Origin: Trypanosoma brucei
Taxonomy: Eukaryota
Length of the DNA: 64,000 bases
Reading direction: 5' to 3'
Assembly (NCBI GenBank): GCA_000002445.1
Contig: CP000066.1
Coordinates: forward strand, 608,001-672,000
The notes beneath the pieces are model-generated. The model made no database searches, was not told the origin of the DNA, and saw only the letters and a program-made list of their open reading frames with translations. Below are positions 11,537 through 23,197 of this stretch, piece after piece. The position numbers and the translations under genes were made by a program. Position 1 is the first letter of the stretch. The number at the start of each line of letters is the position of its first letter.

Positions 11537-13351
11537 ATGGGTAAAACTAACACAAAAAAGCAGGAGGCTCGTGTTGCCCGCCTGCGTAGCCTTCCAAAGT
11601 CGGAGAGGCTCGTAAAGATTGCACGAATTAAAAAGCGTGAGGGAAGGATTCTCGACTCAGCAGAGAAACATGCCTTAAAGATGTCTTCCGAGTATGGTGA
11701 AATCATACGGCTTTGGGAGGTTCTCCGCACATCTGAGGGACAATCTAAAGAAGAGGAAGAGAAGGAAAAACAAAAAAAGAAAGGAAAGAACAAAAAAGGG
11801 GAGGATTCCACCGATGATGTGAAGCAGCAGAAACTCAGTCGATACAAACACAAATACCCAACAGTTGACAAACTGCTAAAAAAGATTGAGCCAAAATTCG
11901 ACACATATGTGAGGACGCCTCGTACAAGTCGTGTCATTCAGTCCATGATAAAGTACGGCTCAACTGAGCAGCTTGGGAAAATTGTTGGACTAATTTCTAG
12001 TGGATATGCGAACTACGCAACTGATGCGTATGGTCATTTTGTCGTCGTCGCATTACTTCGTCATGCACCGCATGATTTGTTTGATAAAATCCTGTCACTC
12101 ACCATTCCCGCCGTCCCCACGCTGATTTCGCATCGCTTCGGCATTGAGGTGATCCACAGCGCGTATAGCAGTAACCTTTGTACGGCTACGAACCGAAACC
12201 TTCTAATTTTAGCCGTGTTCAAGGACAACATTGCGCTCATGAAGCGGTGGAAAGGTTATCCCATTTTGGAGGATGTGTTAGCGCAAGAGGTGGAGCAGCG
12301 CAAGAGACTTCTTCCTAAACTCTTTGAATTGTGTGAAAAACTTGTGTCGCAAAAAAGTGCTGTGGATTTCCCATTTGTCCAGCGCTTAGCCGCTGCCTTT
12401 ATTCGAAACGGAACAAAACATGAAGTATCTGAGCTGTGTGACACACTTCGACCACATTTGGCGGTGCTGTGCACAATTCGCGAGGGAGCACCTCTTGCAT
12501 CACTTGCCTTTTCACTTACGGAGCCTAAAAAGCGAAAGGTTATTTTACGCGCCTTCTCTGAAAACCTTGGTGTACTCGTGGTGAGCAAATACAGTGCTCC
12601 CGTCATTGCGCGTCTATTTGATATTGTGTATGATGTGCAACTTCTCTGCAAATATGTGGTGAATGATGTGGTCTCGCATATTACACAACTTATCAACAGT
12701 CCCTTTGGACATCAAATTTTGTTACACCTTTTAACACCACATGACGAACGCAAAACTAAATTCCTCCTTCCCAACTGGTTCCAACATAACCTTTACTCCG
12801 TGGAGAATACGCGGTGGAATTGCCACACATGGCTCACACATGAGTACAAGGAAGAGGAAGTTGAGCTGTGTAGCAAAGACGCTGAGCAAACGCATTTGGC
12901 TGTGTTGCCAACTTTAATTAAAAAGTTCTTGGAAGTTCTGAGCAACTCCGAAGTGGCTTCAAAACTTAATAAACATTACGTGGGTCTCATTGCAAGGGAG
13001 GTGCTGCATGTTCATGAAAAGGAGCCAGCTTACCGGAAGGCACTGAAGCTTTCAGCGAATGATGTTCAAGTGCTGGAACGCTTATCGCTTTCACGTGGAA
13101 AGAAGGAACCACGACATGAAGAAGGCGGAAATTCTGTGGGGAAAATCACATCAGAGGTACAAAACAAAACGAAAGGGCGGAGGTTGGAACGGCCGCAAAT
13201 GCAAAAACCCGCCGAGACTCCCCGAGTTGTTAAAAAGATGATGAAAAGTAGCGGTGTTGAGAGATCTCGCAAGGAAGGAACTAAAGTGGAAACTGTGAGC
13301 CATGCGGTGAGTACACTCAAGAAGAAAAAGAAGGTTCTCCCCAAGAAATAA
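11537..13351 (+). CDS. Pumilio/PUF-domain RNA-binding protein, Puf6/PUM3(Puf-A)-like, with basic nucleolar-type tails
   Basis: ATG at 11537. Lys-rich N- and C-termini. Repeated PUF-like helices with aromatic-G-x-hydrophobic cores (YGHFVVVALLRH, FGIEVIHSAYS, SAPVIARLFD, FGHQILLHLL). Confidence 0.6.
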   Translation: MGKTNTKKQEARVARLRSLPKSERLVKIARIKKREGRILDSAEKHALKMSSEYGEIIRLWEVLRTSEGQSKEEEEKEKQKKKGKNKKGEDSTDDVKQQKLSRYKHKYPTVDKLLKKIEPKFDTYVRTPRTSRVIQSMIKYGSTEQLGKIVGLISSGYANYATDAYGHFVVVALLRHAPHDLFDKILSLTIPAVPTLISHRFGIEVIHSAYSSNLCTATNRNLLILAVFKDNIALMKRWKGYPILEDVLAQEVEQRKRLLPKLFELCEKLVSQKSAVDFPFVQRLAAAFIRNGTKHEVSELCDTLRPHLAVLCTIREGAPLASLAFSLTEPKKRKVILRAFSENLGVLVVSKYSAPVIARLFDIVYDVQLLCKYVVNDVVSHITQLINSPFGHQILLHLLTPHDERKTKFLLPNWFQHNLYSVENTRWNCHTWLTHEYKEEEVELCSKDAEQTHLAVLPTLIKKFLEVLSNSEVASKLNKHYVGLIAREVLHVHEKEPAYRKALKLSANDVQVLERLSLSRGKKEPRHEEGGNSVGKITSEVQNKTKGRRLERPQMQKPAETPRVVKKMMKSSGVERSRKEGTKVETVSHAVSTLKKKKKVLPKK

Positions 13352-14434
13352 CGAACTGTTTTTTTTTCCTGCTTTGTTTACGCGGGCGAAGAATAAATGT
13401 CACAATGGTGTGAAATGGGGCGGGGGAGGGGAACAGAAGCCCTTCGTTCTTTCCCTTCCTTTTCAAGTTAGCAGTTGGATTACTTCAGAAGGCACAAAAC
13501 AAAAAAAAAAAGAAAAACACATAGCAGGGCAAAAAAAAAAATTTTAAAAAGGAGGAGGACGAGGAGGAGGGAGGAAAGAGGACAAAGTTACGCAGCACAA
13601 ATGCAACGTATGCGGTTCCGCTATTTAGAGGAGAGAAAAGTTAAATTGATGTTAGTGTTAGTGCGCCACGCGTCGTCATGCGCACCAAAACATAATTCTT
13701 CGTTTCAGGTGTATGCGTTCGAACTCACCATTACCTCCTCCCTTCCTCCCCCCGCCCCACGCAACCGACCCGAATGACTCTCTTAATTCGTTATTCGCAC
13801 CGTTAAAATCATTTTTTTTTTGTTTTCACAATGTGCAACGCATCCATTCCTTTTCACCCACCCACCCCCCCCCCCCATTCCCTATCACTTAACATAAGTT
13901 TCGAATAAAAATAATAATAATAATAATAACAAAATAAAATAAAAATAAAGTGAACGAAAAGTTGCGGTTTGATGTGTGTCCCAACCCATTCTCTTGAATG
14001 TGCAATATTTTCCCCTCCTCTCTTCTCGTATCTCTTCTTTTAATGTTTACTCCCGCATTGTTTGTTTATGTGTGTTTGATTGAGTGGGGGGGGGGGGGGC
14101 CCACAGTGAAGGAAACACGGAGGAAAAACCTTTAGAAACCAAACAAACAAATAAATAATAACACCAACATCAGGGGAAATAATACCGGAGCGAAGAAGTA
14201 CTGAATTCAAAGTGATATATAGAATAGAAAGAAAAATCAATCAAAAAAAAGGAGTATTAAACACGAATAGAAGGTACGCAACGAGTAGTCTCCTCATATC
14301 TGATTGCATACCCACACTCTGTTATTATCACTCCCTTCTATTTTATTTTTTATTTTGTTGTTGTTAGAAGAAAGAAAAAAAAACTGAGAAACGAAAAAAA
14401 AAAGGTTGTGGTGGTGGTACTGTTGAAGAAATAA

Positions 14435-14815
14435 ATGCCACCAAAGAAGAGCAGCAATGCCAAAGCCGGCAAATCCGAAGCTGTCAGCGAAGTGAGCAAA
14501 ATTAATATGGATTATGTGCAATATGAACTTCCATCACCTGATATGGCTGTTGTGGAAAAATATATTGAAACGGCCAAAGCAAAAGCTCGCGCCTCATCTG
14601 CGCAACGAAGGCGGGAAGGCCGAAAGAGTTGTTGGAGGGCGGCGTCACCAAACATGTCACTTTGCAAAAAAATTCGTGGAGTGTTTTGTCCAAATATCTT
14701 TCAAACTCTGAAAGGACCTGTGAGGGATTTTGTGTTGGGATTTGTCGTTACTTTCTTCGTCATGTATGTATTTTTTGTGGCGTTGTATTTCGAAAAGGCG
14801 CCTTCCAAGCGATAG
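14435..14815 (+). CDS. tail-anchored small membrane protein, possibly Sec61-beta-like
   Basis: ATG at 14435. Basic/Ala-rich cytosolic N-terminus. Single C-terminal TM segment (TLKGPVRDFVLGFVVTFFVMYVFFVALYF) resembles the Sec61beta motif LKVGPVPVLVMSLLF. Inference. Confidence 0.35.
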   Translation: MPPKKSSNAKAGKSEAVSEVSKINMDYVQYELPSPDMAVVEKYIETAKAKARASSAQRRREGRKSCWRAASPNMSLCKKIRGVFCPNIFQTLKGPVRDFVLGFVVTFFVMYVFFVALYFEKAPSKR

Positions 14816-15856
14816 GCGGTAAAATAGATCTCAAAAACAAAAGAAAGAAAGAAAAAAAGAGGGACTGAAGAAATGAAGATGAAGATGAGAGAAATGAGTG
14901 AAGAAGTTACGAGGGGAGGGAGAGAAAGAAAAAGAAAAAGGGAGGGAAGGAGGGAAAGAAATAATTTCAAAATAAAACAAAAAAAAAGGGAAGTGACCAC
15001 AAATAGACGGCAACGCAAACGTTTTACGGTGTCGTATAATTTGGTAACCATCTTTAATGAAAAGTGTCTTCATTAGGCGAGGGACACCGTTCGTTTTTTG
15101 TTTTCTTTATATATACATATATATATATATTTATTTATTTATTTATTTATATTTATATATCCTCTCTCTCTCTCTGTGTGTTCCTCTTCCTTTCCCTATC
15201 CCTTTCTCTCTAATTCGCTAAATCTTCATTTATCTTCTTTCCATCCCCTCCCTTTCCACATCCTTTGATTTGTTTTGGAGGATTTTCGCACATCTTGTCG
15301 AGTTTCTACCGATTATTGTGGTGGTGAATTCTCGAATGCATCAAATGGTACAAATATTTCTTTCTGTTGCTTTTGTGTTCTCCCCTCTTTTTTTCTTTTA
15401 GGCGTTGTTATTACCGCTACGGTTGGTATTTTTGTACTTTCTTCGCATTCTTTTGGCATGTGTTGTCTTTGTATTTATTTAAATCTTGTTCTTGTTGTCG
15501 TTTTGCCTTCATACTCTTACAGTTCTAAACAGAAACAAACAAAAAAAATACCTTTACATCACTTTCCTTTACTTCCCTTTTACTTCATTTCTTTCTTTCG
15601 GCTTTCCTCTACCCATCTGCTGTTTGATTTATTTATTTATTGGTGCTTATGCGTCACGTAAATGTGCACATGAATAAATAAATAAATGAATGAATTGTTC
15701 TTTGCTTTATTAGTTCAAGGGAGAAAAAATAAATAAATAATAAATAGTAGTAACAGCATCACCAACAGTAGCGGCATAACAAAGAAAATTTCAAAAAAAA
15801 AGAAATAGAGGTGTGAGTTTATTTGCATCATTTATAAATATTAATATCAAATATAA

Positions 15857-16054
15857 ATGCCTGAGACGCCACAGCGAAATGGATTCAAGCGTCCAAGTCT
15901 TGCAGCTAAATTATTCGGTGATGCGGATGTCGTTTATTCGAGAGAAACAACATCTCGACTAACGGATTTTGCGGGAACATTTTTAGTCGGATTTTTCGCG
16001 GTTTACTTCACAATTGCGGGATATTTACTTTATCGTGAGGCAGCGCTCTCGTAA
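15857..16054 (+). CDS. hypothetical 65-aa tail-anchored mini-protein
   Basis: ATG ORF with charged N-terminus and one C-terminal hydrophobic helix (FLVGFFAVYFTIAGYLLY). Lies in a long AT-rich spacer. Could be spurious. Confidence 0.25.
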   Translation: MPETPQRNGFKRPSLAAKLFGDADVVYSRETTSRLTDFAGTFLVGFFAVYFTIAGYLLYREAALS

Positions 16055-17139
16055 AAAATAAAAAATAATATAATAATAATAAATAAATAAATAAATAAAG
16101 GAGAAGAAGAGAAAAATAAAATAAAATAAAACGTGTCATGGCGATGTTGTTGGATATTATTATTATTACTATTTATTCCAACAATGAAGATGCACCCATA
16201 ACGATCAGTTGAAGGGAAGGAAAGTGTGAAAAATCAATCATTACACTACCTATTTAGACATAGGTTTGGAGGGGAGAGATCTTTTTTTAAAAAAAACAAA
16301 AAAAAAATCTCCCCGGGTCCCTTTTGTGTTCTTCCTTTTATACGTGCGGTGTGTTGCGCTGAGAACTCACTGAGAAGTGCGTGACTGCGTATTTAAAAAT
16401 AAAAATAAAAAAAACACCGTCACCTTCCCTCGGTATTTAGTTAATCATTATATTGCCATACCTGTTTTTATTTTATTTTATTTACTTACTCACTTTGATC
16501 ACAATGTAAGTTCTCGGGCCGGTGCCGTTTTTTTTTTGCAATTTTTGGTGTTATGATCTTCCATTCGTCCCTCTTTTTTATCTCCTTTTTTTTTCCTTTT
16601 TTTTTCCACTGCTTTCTCCGCCTACACACTTTTAAAAATGAAATAAAAATTGTGCAGCATTTTCGCGCAGAAAGTCAATGTGCTCCCTTTATAAAAGCTA
16701 AGAGAATGGGGGAGTGTTGCGTACGCTCATGCGTTTTTGTGAGGGTTAATGAGTTTTCATCCTTTCAAAACAAAAACACAAAAGGGAGAAAATAACAGGG
16801 ACAAAGGGGGGGAAAAAAGTAGCAATGTTTTGTTTATTGATAATCCGCTAATTTATCTTAACTGCGTTACGGAATATATGATATATATTTGTGTGTGTAC
16901 GCGTGCATGTGAAATATCCAACACTCATTGCGTCATTTTGAAATTTATACCTTCTTTCTTTTTTGTTTTCCTTAAAATAATTCCGCTCCGCTTGGTTATT
17001 GCTCTGAAAGCTCAAGCGGCGCAGCGGGGGGGCGACTTTCCGTTGTTGTTGCTGTTATTATTATTATTATTATTGCTATTGTTGTGTGTTGTTCTTTTTT
17101 TTTAAAAATAAATAAATAAATAAAAGGAAACAGCATTGT

Positions 17140-17898
17140 ATGCTCCGGTGTATACAATGTAATGCGGCGGTCTACCGAATTGTTCAGCCGGAAAACGAGG
17201 TGGTTGAGAAGTGTGGGACATGCGGTAGGCGGTGTGATAGGTATTATGAATTCTCTAACTGTCAAAAGTGGATAAGCATCACGTTGCTTGAGAAACCTGC
17301 ATGGATTCATGTGTTATTTAACAAAAAAGATATCCGCGCGACATTATTTTGCACAGCCCTCCTGTCACGACTTATTGAAGCGTACGTCGTGCGAACGAGT
17401 TTGGTGTATGGCGCCTTACGCATGCTTCGGTCTAAGGGACCGGTTTCTAACGTAAGTTCGGTTGCGACACTTCAGCTTTTCCGGAATGTGAATCCCAAAA
17501 TAGAACCGCTGATGGCGTATCAGGACACTTTGCCCAATATATTTATTTGTGCTTGTGGAGAATATTTGCTTTGCCTTTTGGTCACTGTTATATTTGCGCT
17601 TCATTCGTGGCGTCGTGGTGGCTCGGCTTTATGGGATGTTGTACTCACATGGATGACATGTGTTAATCTTGCCTATTCAGCGAAGTTGTGTTTCGTAGTG
17701 TTCCTTATTTGGCGCATTCCCATCGCATTAGTATCCCTGGTGGATCTTATCAGTCTCCTTTGGGCTGCTCGCGGTTTCAGTCTTGTGGAAAATAGATATC
17801 CACCATTATTTACATCTGTTGTTGTGCTGATTTGTACGGCAGCCACACGATATCTCTTCCGTAGTGTTACGCAGTGGAGTCCACAACTTCTGGTGTGA
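17140..17898 (+). CDS. ARV1: ARV1-like lipid/sterol homeostasis protein
   Basis: ATG at 17140. The N-terminal ARV1 homology domain has a zinc ribbon (CIQCNAAV...CGTCGRRCDRYYE) and the conserved LLEKPAWIHVLFN block (compare yeast LLIKPQVYRHLLFN). Multiple TM helices follow. Confidence 0.65.
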   Translation: MLRCIQCNAAVYRIVQPENEVVEKCGTCGRRCDRYYEFSNCQKWISITLLEKPAWIHVLFNKKDIRATLFCTALLSRLIEAYVVRTSLVYGALRMLRSKGPVSNVSSVATLQLFRNVNPKIEPLMAYQDTLPNIFICACGEYLLCLLVTVIFALHSWRRGGSALWDVVLTWMTCVNLAYSAKLCFVVFLIWRIPIALVSLVDLISLLWAARGFSLVENRYPPLFTSVVVLICTAATRYLFRSVTQWSPQLLV

Positions 17899-18647
17899 TC
17901 GAAATGAATGTGAATGTCTCTTTTTCCCATTGTTCTCGCCCTTTTGTAATCATATTTATATATTTTTTCTTGTTTTTTTTTGTATTCTTCCGTCCTCGGT
18001 CCGGTCGGTTACCACTGTAAATGTAACCTACAACTTTCCTTTCCTTTCCTTTCTGCTTTGGTTTGGTTTGGTTTGGCTTGGTTGCACCGAAAGCACTTTT
18101 CTACTTCTCCATCGCCGCAATAATTGTTTTTTGTGGTGTTTCCCGTTCATTCGGTATCAGCATCAGATGGGAACTTTGTCGCTGCTTCTTTTCTTTGTTG
18201 TGTACCTTCCTCTTCTCCACTATTAATTGCGGTGCCCTCTGATTTATTTGCTTCGTCGTGTATATGCTGATGTATGTATATATATATATATAGAAATATA
18301 TAAATATACATGTGTGTATATGTATATATTGGCCCTTTTTGTTTCAATTTATTTCTTCGTCGTCTTTTCATGTTTCGTTATTGTGCAAGTAGAAACACCC
18401 ACAGGTGTCTGACACTTAGGCATAACAGTGTAAAAAGGTGGGGATTAGTTACGGGTGGAAGAAGAGGAGGAAGTTGAGGAAAAGATAGCAACGAAACAAA
18501 AGCTAAAGCTAAAGCAAAAAAAAAAAAGAAGAGAAAACGATAGAAGGGAGAGTAAAAAAACGGAAAAAAAACGGGAAAAAGTTAAGAGAACAATCATAGG
18601 GCAATAAAATAAGGCCAGATTTTCGCACAGGTGATAAACAGGAAACA

Positions 18648-21539
18648 ATGGATGCGAAACTTGTGTTCTGTGCGCACTCGCTCAAGTTACCAACGCTGAG
18701 CATTCCCCCAGCTCTGTCAGTAGATAATGAAACCATCAACTTCAGATGTCCGGAACCTCTTGCAGAAGCTGGTTTCCCCGTTCCAAACGCATCATTTACT
18801 GCTGACGTGATGATGGAGCAACCGCAATCCCGCTCCATTTACCAGCGGGTGTTCGCAACAGCTGCACGGGATTTCGAAGGGCGTAAAAATCTGGTAGTTT
18901 TCAGCTACGGCGTGCGTTCCACACCGAAACGGCAGCTTATGTTTGGTTCGGAATCGGGTAGCGGTTATGCTGCGAAGATCATTGGCGATGTTGTGGATGT
19001 TGGTGCCACCAAAGGCATCTTCGCCATCTCTGCGTATGGTGTTGGTTCCTCAGAGCATCTCACCGACTTCACTGATGAGAATAACGAAATGGGAGTAATT
19101 GTAGAATCGGTGAAGGAGGGCCCGCGTGTGCGTATGGTTGGGCGTGTTCGTGTAACGTCATCGGAGGATGTGCGTTCCGTTTTTAACACAGTTACGAAGA
19201 ACTATCAAAAACATTTCGAGTCAGTACTCCGCGAGAGGCAACCAACAGCTGAGCTTGAAGCCCTTCCGCCATATATGCCTGAGTCAATGATTCTTCAGCT
19301 CTACCGTTATGATGATGAGGAAGCATTCAGCGAGTATGTGGAAGCGAACTCCATGACGTTTGTTGCACTGGGAGACTCGGAACGGCCTGTTCTTTGTGGA
19401 ATTGAAGAAGAAACTCAGCAGGAGTATGAAAAGACACAGAAAGTCCTTGCGTCAGCAGTAGGAATTATCTCCAGTATTCGCTGTAATCGTCTGCGCATTC
19501 CATTCGGCAAGTCGAAATTAAGTCAGCTCCTTCGCCGTGCATACAATGCCGAGAAGGGCAACCCCAACAACGGCTACAATGAGCCAACATCAACCGTTTT
19601 TATTATTCATGCCTTTACAGACGCTGTTTGGGCAGAGGAGTCATACCACTGCCTTTTACTCTCGCGACGAGTTAGCAGCGTTGTTGGCACGAGCAGCATC
19701 GGTTCCATTACGCGCGACCTCAGTGTCGATAAGTGGCGTTTGGATCAAGATATTATGGAGTTGCGTGATGAGCTTCAAATTGCGCGCACAGTGTATGACT
19801 ACAGGCCCTGTATATATGACCAACCGAAGCCAGTTCAGAATATCAGAGAGGAGGAACAGAAACGCATTAGCGCCATTGTTTCAAAACGGGAGGAAGCCCG
19901 TGAAAGGCAGCTGAGTTTGGTCCGCGAGCAAGCCAAGCAGGATGCTGATAAAATCATTAAGGATCTCGAAGCTCGGACGGGGACGACGCTCTCGGCGCTG
20001 GAGGCCTCCCTCGAGGCGAAAATGAAGGAAAACTCGGCGCTTCATGCGGACAGGGAAAAACGAATTCATGAATATGAGCAAACCTTAGAAAAGATTCGCA
20101 AAAAGAAGCAGGAGGAGGAATCCGCGTGCGAGAAGCTACGTGAAGAGATGCTCCAGCTTGAACAGGAACTTAGTGTTCGGCAAAACGCAATTGAGAGCAA
20201 GCAGAAGAATTTGGAAATGATAAAGCTGGATAAGTCAAAGGGCCGTGACGCGGTTATGCGTGAGCGACAGTCCATACAAGCGATGCGCAAAACGGTGCTA
20301 GAGGAGAGGCGGCGTCAGCGCAAACAGTGGATTAACCAAATAAAAGAAATCAACGCTAAGGTTATTGATCAGGTCCGGATGCTGGCCGAGGAACGGAAGA
20401 AAAACGGTGAGCAGCCCACAGCAAATGAAGAGGCTGCTGAAAAGGCAATCATCGCGGATGTGCGAACTATCGAGGAATACTTGCCAAAACTCATTTCACT
20501 TGAGGACGTTCCCGTGAATTTGGAGGAGACGGAAGCCATTCGCCGACAATTTGCGGATGTGTTTGCGGAAGAGAAAAAGACATATCTTGCGCGGATCGAA
20601 GAGGAGAAGGCGCGGAGAGAAAAGCTGGAGCGTGGCCTCGAAGTATATCGTCAGCGCCTACTCGACACATATCAAGCTAAGAAAAAGGAGAAGGTGCATG
20701 ACGCCATAACAAAAGAGCAACACCTCAGCTCATTGGTGGATCAAGTCATTACGTACTTGCGCAACGGTGTCCGAATGAGCAAAATTTCAAGCAAAGGAAA
20801 TATTCGCCGGCGGTTCTACTTCCTCTCCGAAGATTACAAACGCATTCACTCCTGTGAGATTGATAACCAAGGCGCGCCAATCAGCCGGAAGAAACCACCC
20901 GTCACCATATGGCTGAAAGATATAAAGAAAGTGGTTATTGGCGTATACACATCTTCATTTACAAACTTTAGCAGTGAGGCTCAGTTGGCGAAGACGCGTC
21001 AGGAGGCCGTTTCTGACAGCGGAACTTACCGTCAAGACCCAACGCAAAACATCACCTCAGCCAACCTTGGTTTGCATAATTACAGATCCTTTGCACTTCT
21101 GCTTCGTGGAGGTAAATCTCTGGAAGTTGTTTGCGAAACGGACAGCGACTGCGAGGCTTGGCTTGTTGCGCTCAAGCGACTCCTTCAAATAAAATCTCCT
21201 ATTGAGCGAATTCTTGAGGAAAGGATGAACGGCAATACGACGAAAGAATCACCAAGTAACACACATGAAGGTGCTGTTGATATAAAATGGGGTGGTTCAC
21301 TTGATATACACAACATGCGCGGGTTTGTTTCCCTGTCGTCTGAAGAAGCCACGCTGTGTAGTGAAAACCACATCCCGCCCGCTTTGTTCCTTCGGATGAA
21401 GCAAGAAATGGCAGAAAAGGCGGAAAGGAATACCATCACGATTTATGATGTCCGTGTTTCTTCCGGTCTTGACTTATTCCGCTCAGGGAAGCTTTATGAT
21501 TTCTTATGCGAAAAGAGAGTCATACCGCTCCCGTACTGA
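18648..21539 (+). CDS. coiled-coil protein with N-terminal degenerate kinesin-motor-like region and C-terminal PH-like domain
   Basis: ATG at 18648. N-terminus: YQRVFATAARDFEGRKNLVVFSYG-VRSTPKRQLMFG. This resembles kinesin VYE...L.GYN.TIFAYGQTGSGKT, but the P-loop is not conserved. Residues about 380-700 are a long E/K/R-rich heptad-type coiled coil. The C-terminus (RRRFYFLSEDYKRIHSCEI...VTIWLKDIKKVVIG...CEAWLVALKRL) looks PH-like. Confidence 0.55.
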   Translation: MDAKLVFCAHSLKLPTLSIPPALSVDNETINFRCPEPLAEAGFPVPNASFTADVMMEQPQSRSIYQRVFATAARDFEGRKNLVVFSYGVRSTPKRQLMFGSESGSGYAAKIIGDVVDVGATKGIFAISAYGVGSSEHLTDFTDENNEMGVIVESVKEGPRVRMVGRVRVTSSEDVRSVFNTVTKNYQKHFESVLRERQPTAELEALPPYMPESMILQLYRYDDEEAFSEYVEANSMTFVALGDSERPVLCGIEEETQQEYEKTQKVLASAVGIISSIRCNRLRIPFGKSKLSQLLRRAYNAEKGNPNNGYNEPTSTVFIIHAFTDAVWAEESYHCLLLSRRVSSVVGTSSIGSITRDLSVDKWRLDQDIMELRDELQIARTVYDYRPCIYDQPKPVQNIREEEQKRISAIVSKREEARERQLSLVREQAKQDADKIIKDLEARTGTTLSALEASLEAKMKENSALHADREKRIHEYEQTLEKIRKKKQEEESACEKLREEMLQLEQELSVRQNAIESKQKNLEMIKLDKSKGRDAVMRERQSIQAMRKTVLEERRRQRKQWINQIKEINAKVIDQVRMLAEERKKNGEQPTANEEAAEKAIIADVRTIEEYLPKLISLEDVPVNLEETEAIRRQFADVFAEEKKTYLARIEEEKARREKLERGLEVYRQRLLDTYQAKKKEKVHDAITKEQHLSSLVDQVITYLRNGVRMSKISSKGNIRRRFYFLSEDYKRIHSCEIDNQGAPISRKKPPVTIWLKDIKKVVIGVYTSSFTNFSSEAQLAKTRQEAVSDSGTYRQDPTQNITSANLGLHNYRSFALLLRGGKSLEVVCETDSDCEAWLVALKRLLQIKSPIERILEERMNGNTTKESPSNTHEGAVDIKWGGSLDIHNMRGFVSLSSEEATLCSENHIPPALFLRMKQEMAEKAERNTITIYDVRVSSGLDLFRSGKLYDFLCEKRVIPLPY

Positions 21540-23197
21540 GCGGTGAAGGAAATATGAGAGTGTTATCAGGAGCCAACAGAATTTGTTTCTGAACTTTACC
21601 TTCCCTTCCTCTTTATTATTTCCCCTTATTTCAGTGATGATTCTGCTGCCGTCGCATTGTCCCACCCGCTACGTTCAATTATTTAGTAAATAGTTGGGAA
21701 GGGTGTCCACGTTTTTTTTTCAAGTTCTTTTTTTTTTTTTGGAACTTCCGGTCATATCCGAAATGGGCAGGGAGGTAGAAAGAGGAGGAAAGAGCAATAT
21801 AAACTTGGTTCCAGTCTGCGTTGCGTGAAATCCCCACGTTTCGAAACTGAAATAATATGTTCGAATGTTATGCTTAATAGTAACAATCACAATAATAATA
21901 ATAATACGTCTCACATCATCTTTCTTTCTTTCTTTATATTTAAATTTTTATTTGACAAAGAAAAAAGGATTATGGGTTTATAGTTAGGAAAAAATGACTA
22001 TATTTCCCCAATAACTGAGTTAAGGCGCATACCGCAGCAACATGCGAAACCCAAGTTTCAGTACCACTCAAATATACATTCATTAGTTAAAAATTTTTTT
22101 GCTTGCGGAATGAAGCTCGTTAGCTCACGCAAAAGGTGATGAAGTGGAACCGGCAATTTTTACAAAAAAAAAGCGTTATTGCTTTAATGACACAAGGGTG
22201 GGTATTCTTCGTAAAAACATAACGGCGTGATATGGGGTCAAATATGCGGACAGCCGCATATTTTAATTTTCGCACATGAAAAAAGCTCACCCGCAGCCAC
22301 ATCTCACTAGGGAAAGTTAGGAAGGGTAAAGTGCTCCCGCAAACGATGTGACGGAAGGATCAGAAATGATGCATTTGAAGATGGGGGCTGCCGGATTTTA
22401 TTATTTTGGGCCGGGGGAATACTCTTGCAAATGTGTGGAACGGGGGAAAAGGCAACACGAGGGGAGGGTTTTTTTTTAAAAAAAAGTGTCCGGGGAACAG
22501 GAATTTAATACGCTGTGCGGAGCATGGTGAAATTGGCAGAGGATGGTTTCATGGGAAGGACAGAGGTAGAATTCGGGCAAAACTGCTTGGAAGAAACTAA
22601 GCGAGGGTGCAATTTGTTAGAAATATCTAAATAAAGCGAACGTGGCGGATTGGGGGAAAGGGCGAGAGGAAACGCAAGAAACGCGAGCGCTTCTGTCAAA
22701 TACGGAAATACAGGAAATTGGAAGCAGGGCCAAGTTATCCGGTCAGATGCATAAAGACGCAACTCCCTCGTAATAATCCTCTGGAGAATACCATTAGGAA
22801 GTTTTATTTTAAAAAAAAAAAACTTTCGAAGTTCAACGCAAGATTCTTCGGAAGTACCGCAAAACTAAAACCGTGCCTACACTCGCTCCAGTCGACAAGA
22901 CGCTTTTAGCTAGTTTCTCAGTTGAGGTTGCACCTTTTGCTCCCAAGCATACTTGTTGTTTTGCTTTATCTGAAGAGATATAAAAAAAATACCACGCATC
23001 CGCAAAATGCGTCTGAACCAAACCGATCTTTTATGTATCGTATCAACTAGCCGATGAGGTGCGTGAGGAAACTTCCTTCATAGAATTGCTAAAACAACAG
23101 GTGTGTGGGGAGGAAGAAAGTGTTGTATAACAGTTTTGCATCGTTAAGACTCCGTGGGCACGTACCTGAACCAAACGTTAGGATTTAAGGGGTGTGC
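21540..23197. other. convergent strand-switch region (termination zone between plus and minus polycistronic units)
   Basis: The last plus-strand gene stops at 21539. The first minus-strand gene ends at 23198. No long ORFs between them. Contains the left inverted repeat. Confidence 0.5.
22153..22389. repeat. inverted repeat, left arm (IR-L), about 237 bp
   Basis: The reverse complement of 31157-31389 aligns along the whole length at roughly 90 percent identity. Example block: gcagccacatctcactagggaaagttaggaagggtaaagtgctcccgcaaacgatgtgacggaaggatcagaaatgatgcatttgaagatgg. Confidence 0.85.

Noticed and set aside
16990-17100. Poly-Leu ORF (LLLLLLLLLLLL) and other homopolymeric-codon ORFs in spacers at 8000-9700 and 14700-15700
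   Set aside because: Translations of CT/GT/AT-rich intergenic low-complexity sequence, not genes.
23100-23197. Searched for the conserved T. brucei VSG 3'UTR 16-mer and 70-bp repeats flanking the VSG-like genes
   Set aside because: Not found by eye, so the genes are described as VSG-family/VSG-related rather than switchable expression-competent VSGs.
21540-23197. tRNA genes in the convergent strand-switch region (commonly found there in trypanosomatids)
   Set aside because: No GGTTCGA-type B-box or cloverleaf-compatible sequence was recognisable by eye. Needs tRNAscan-SE to be sure.
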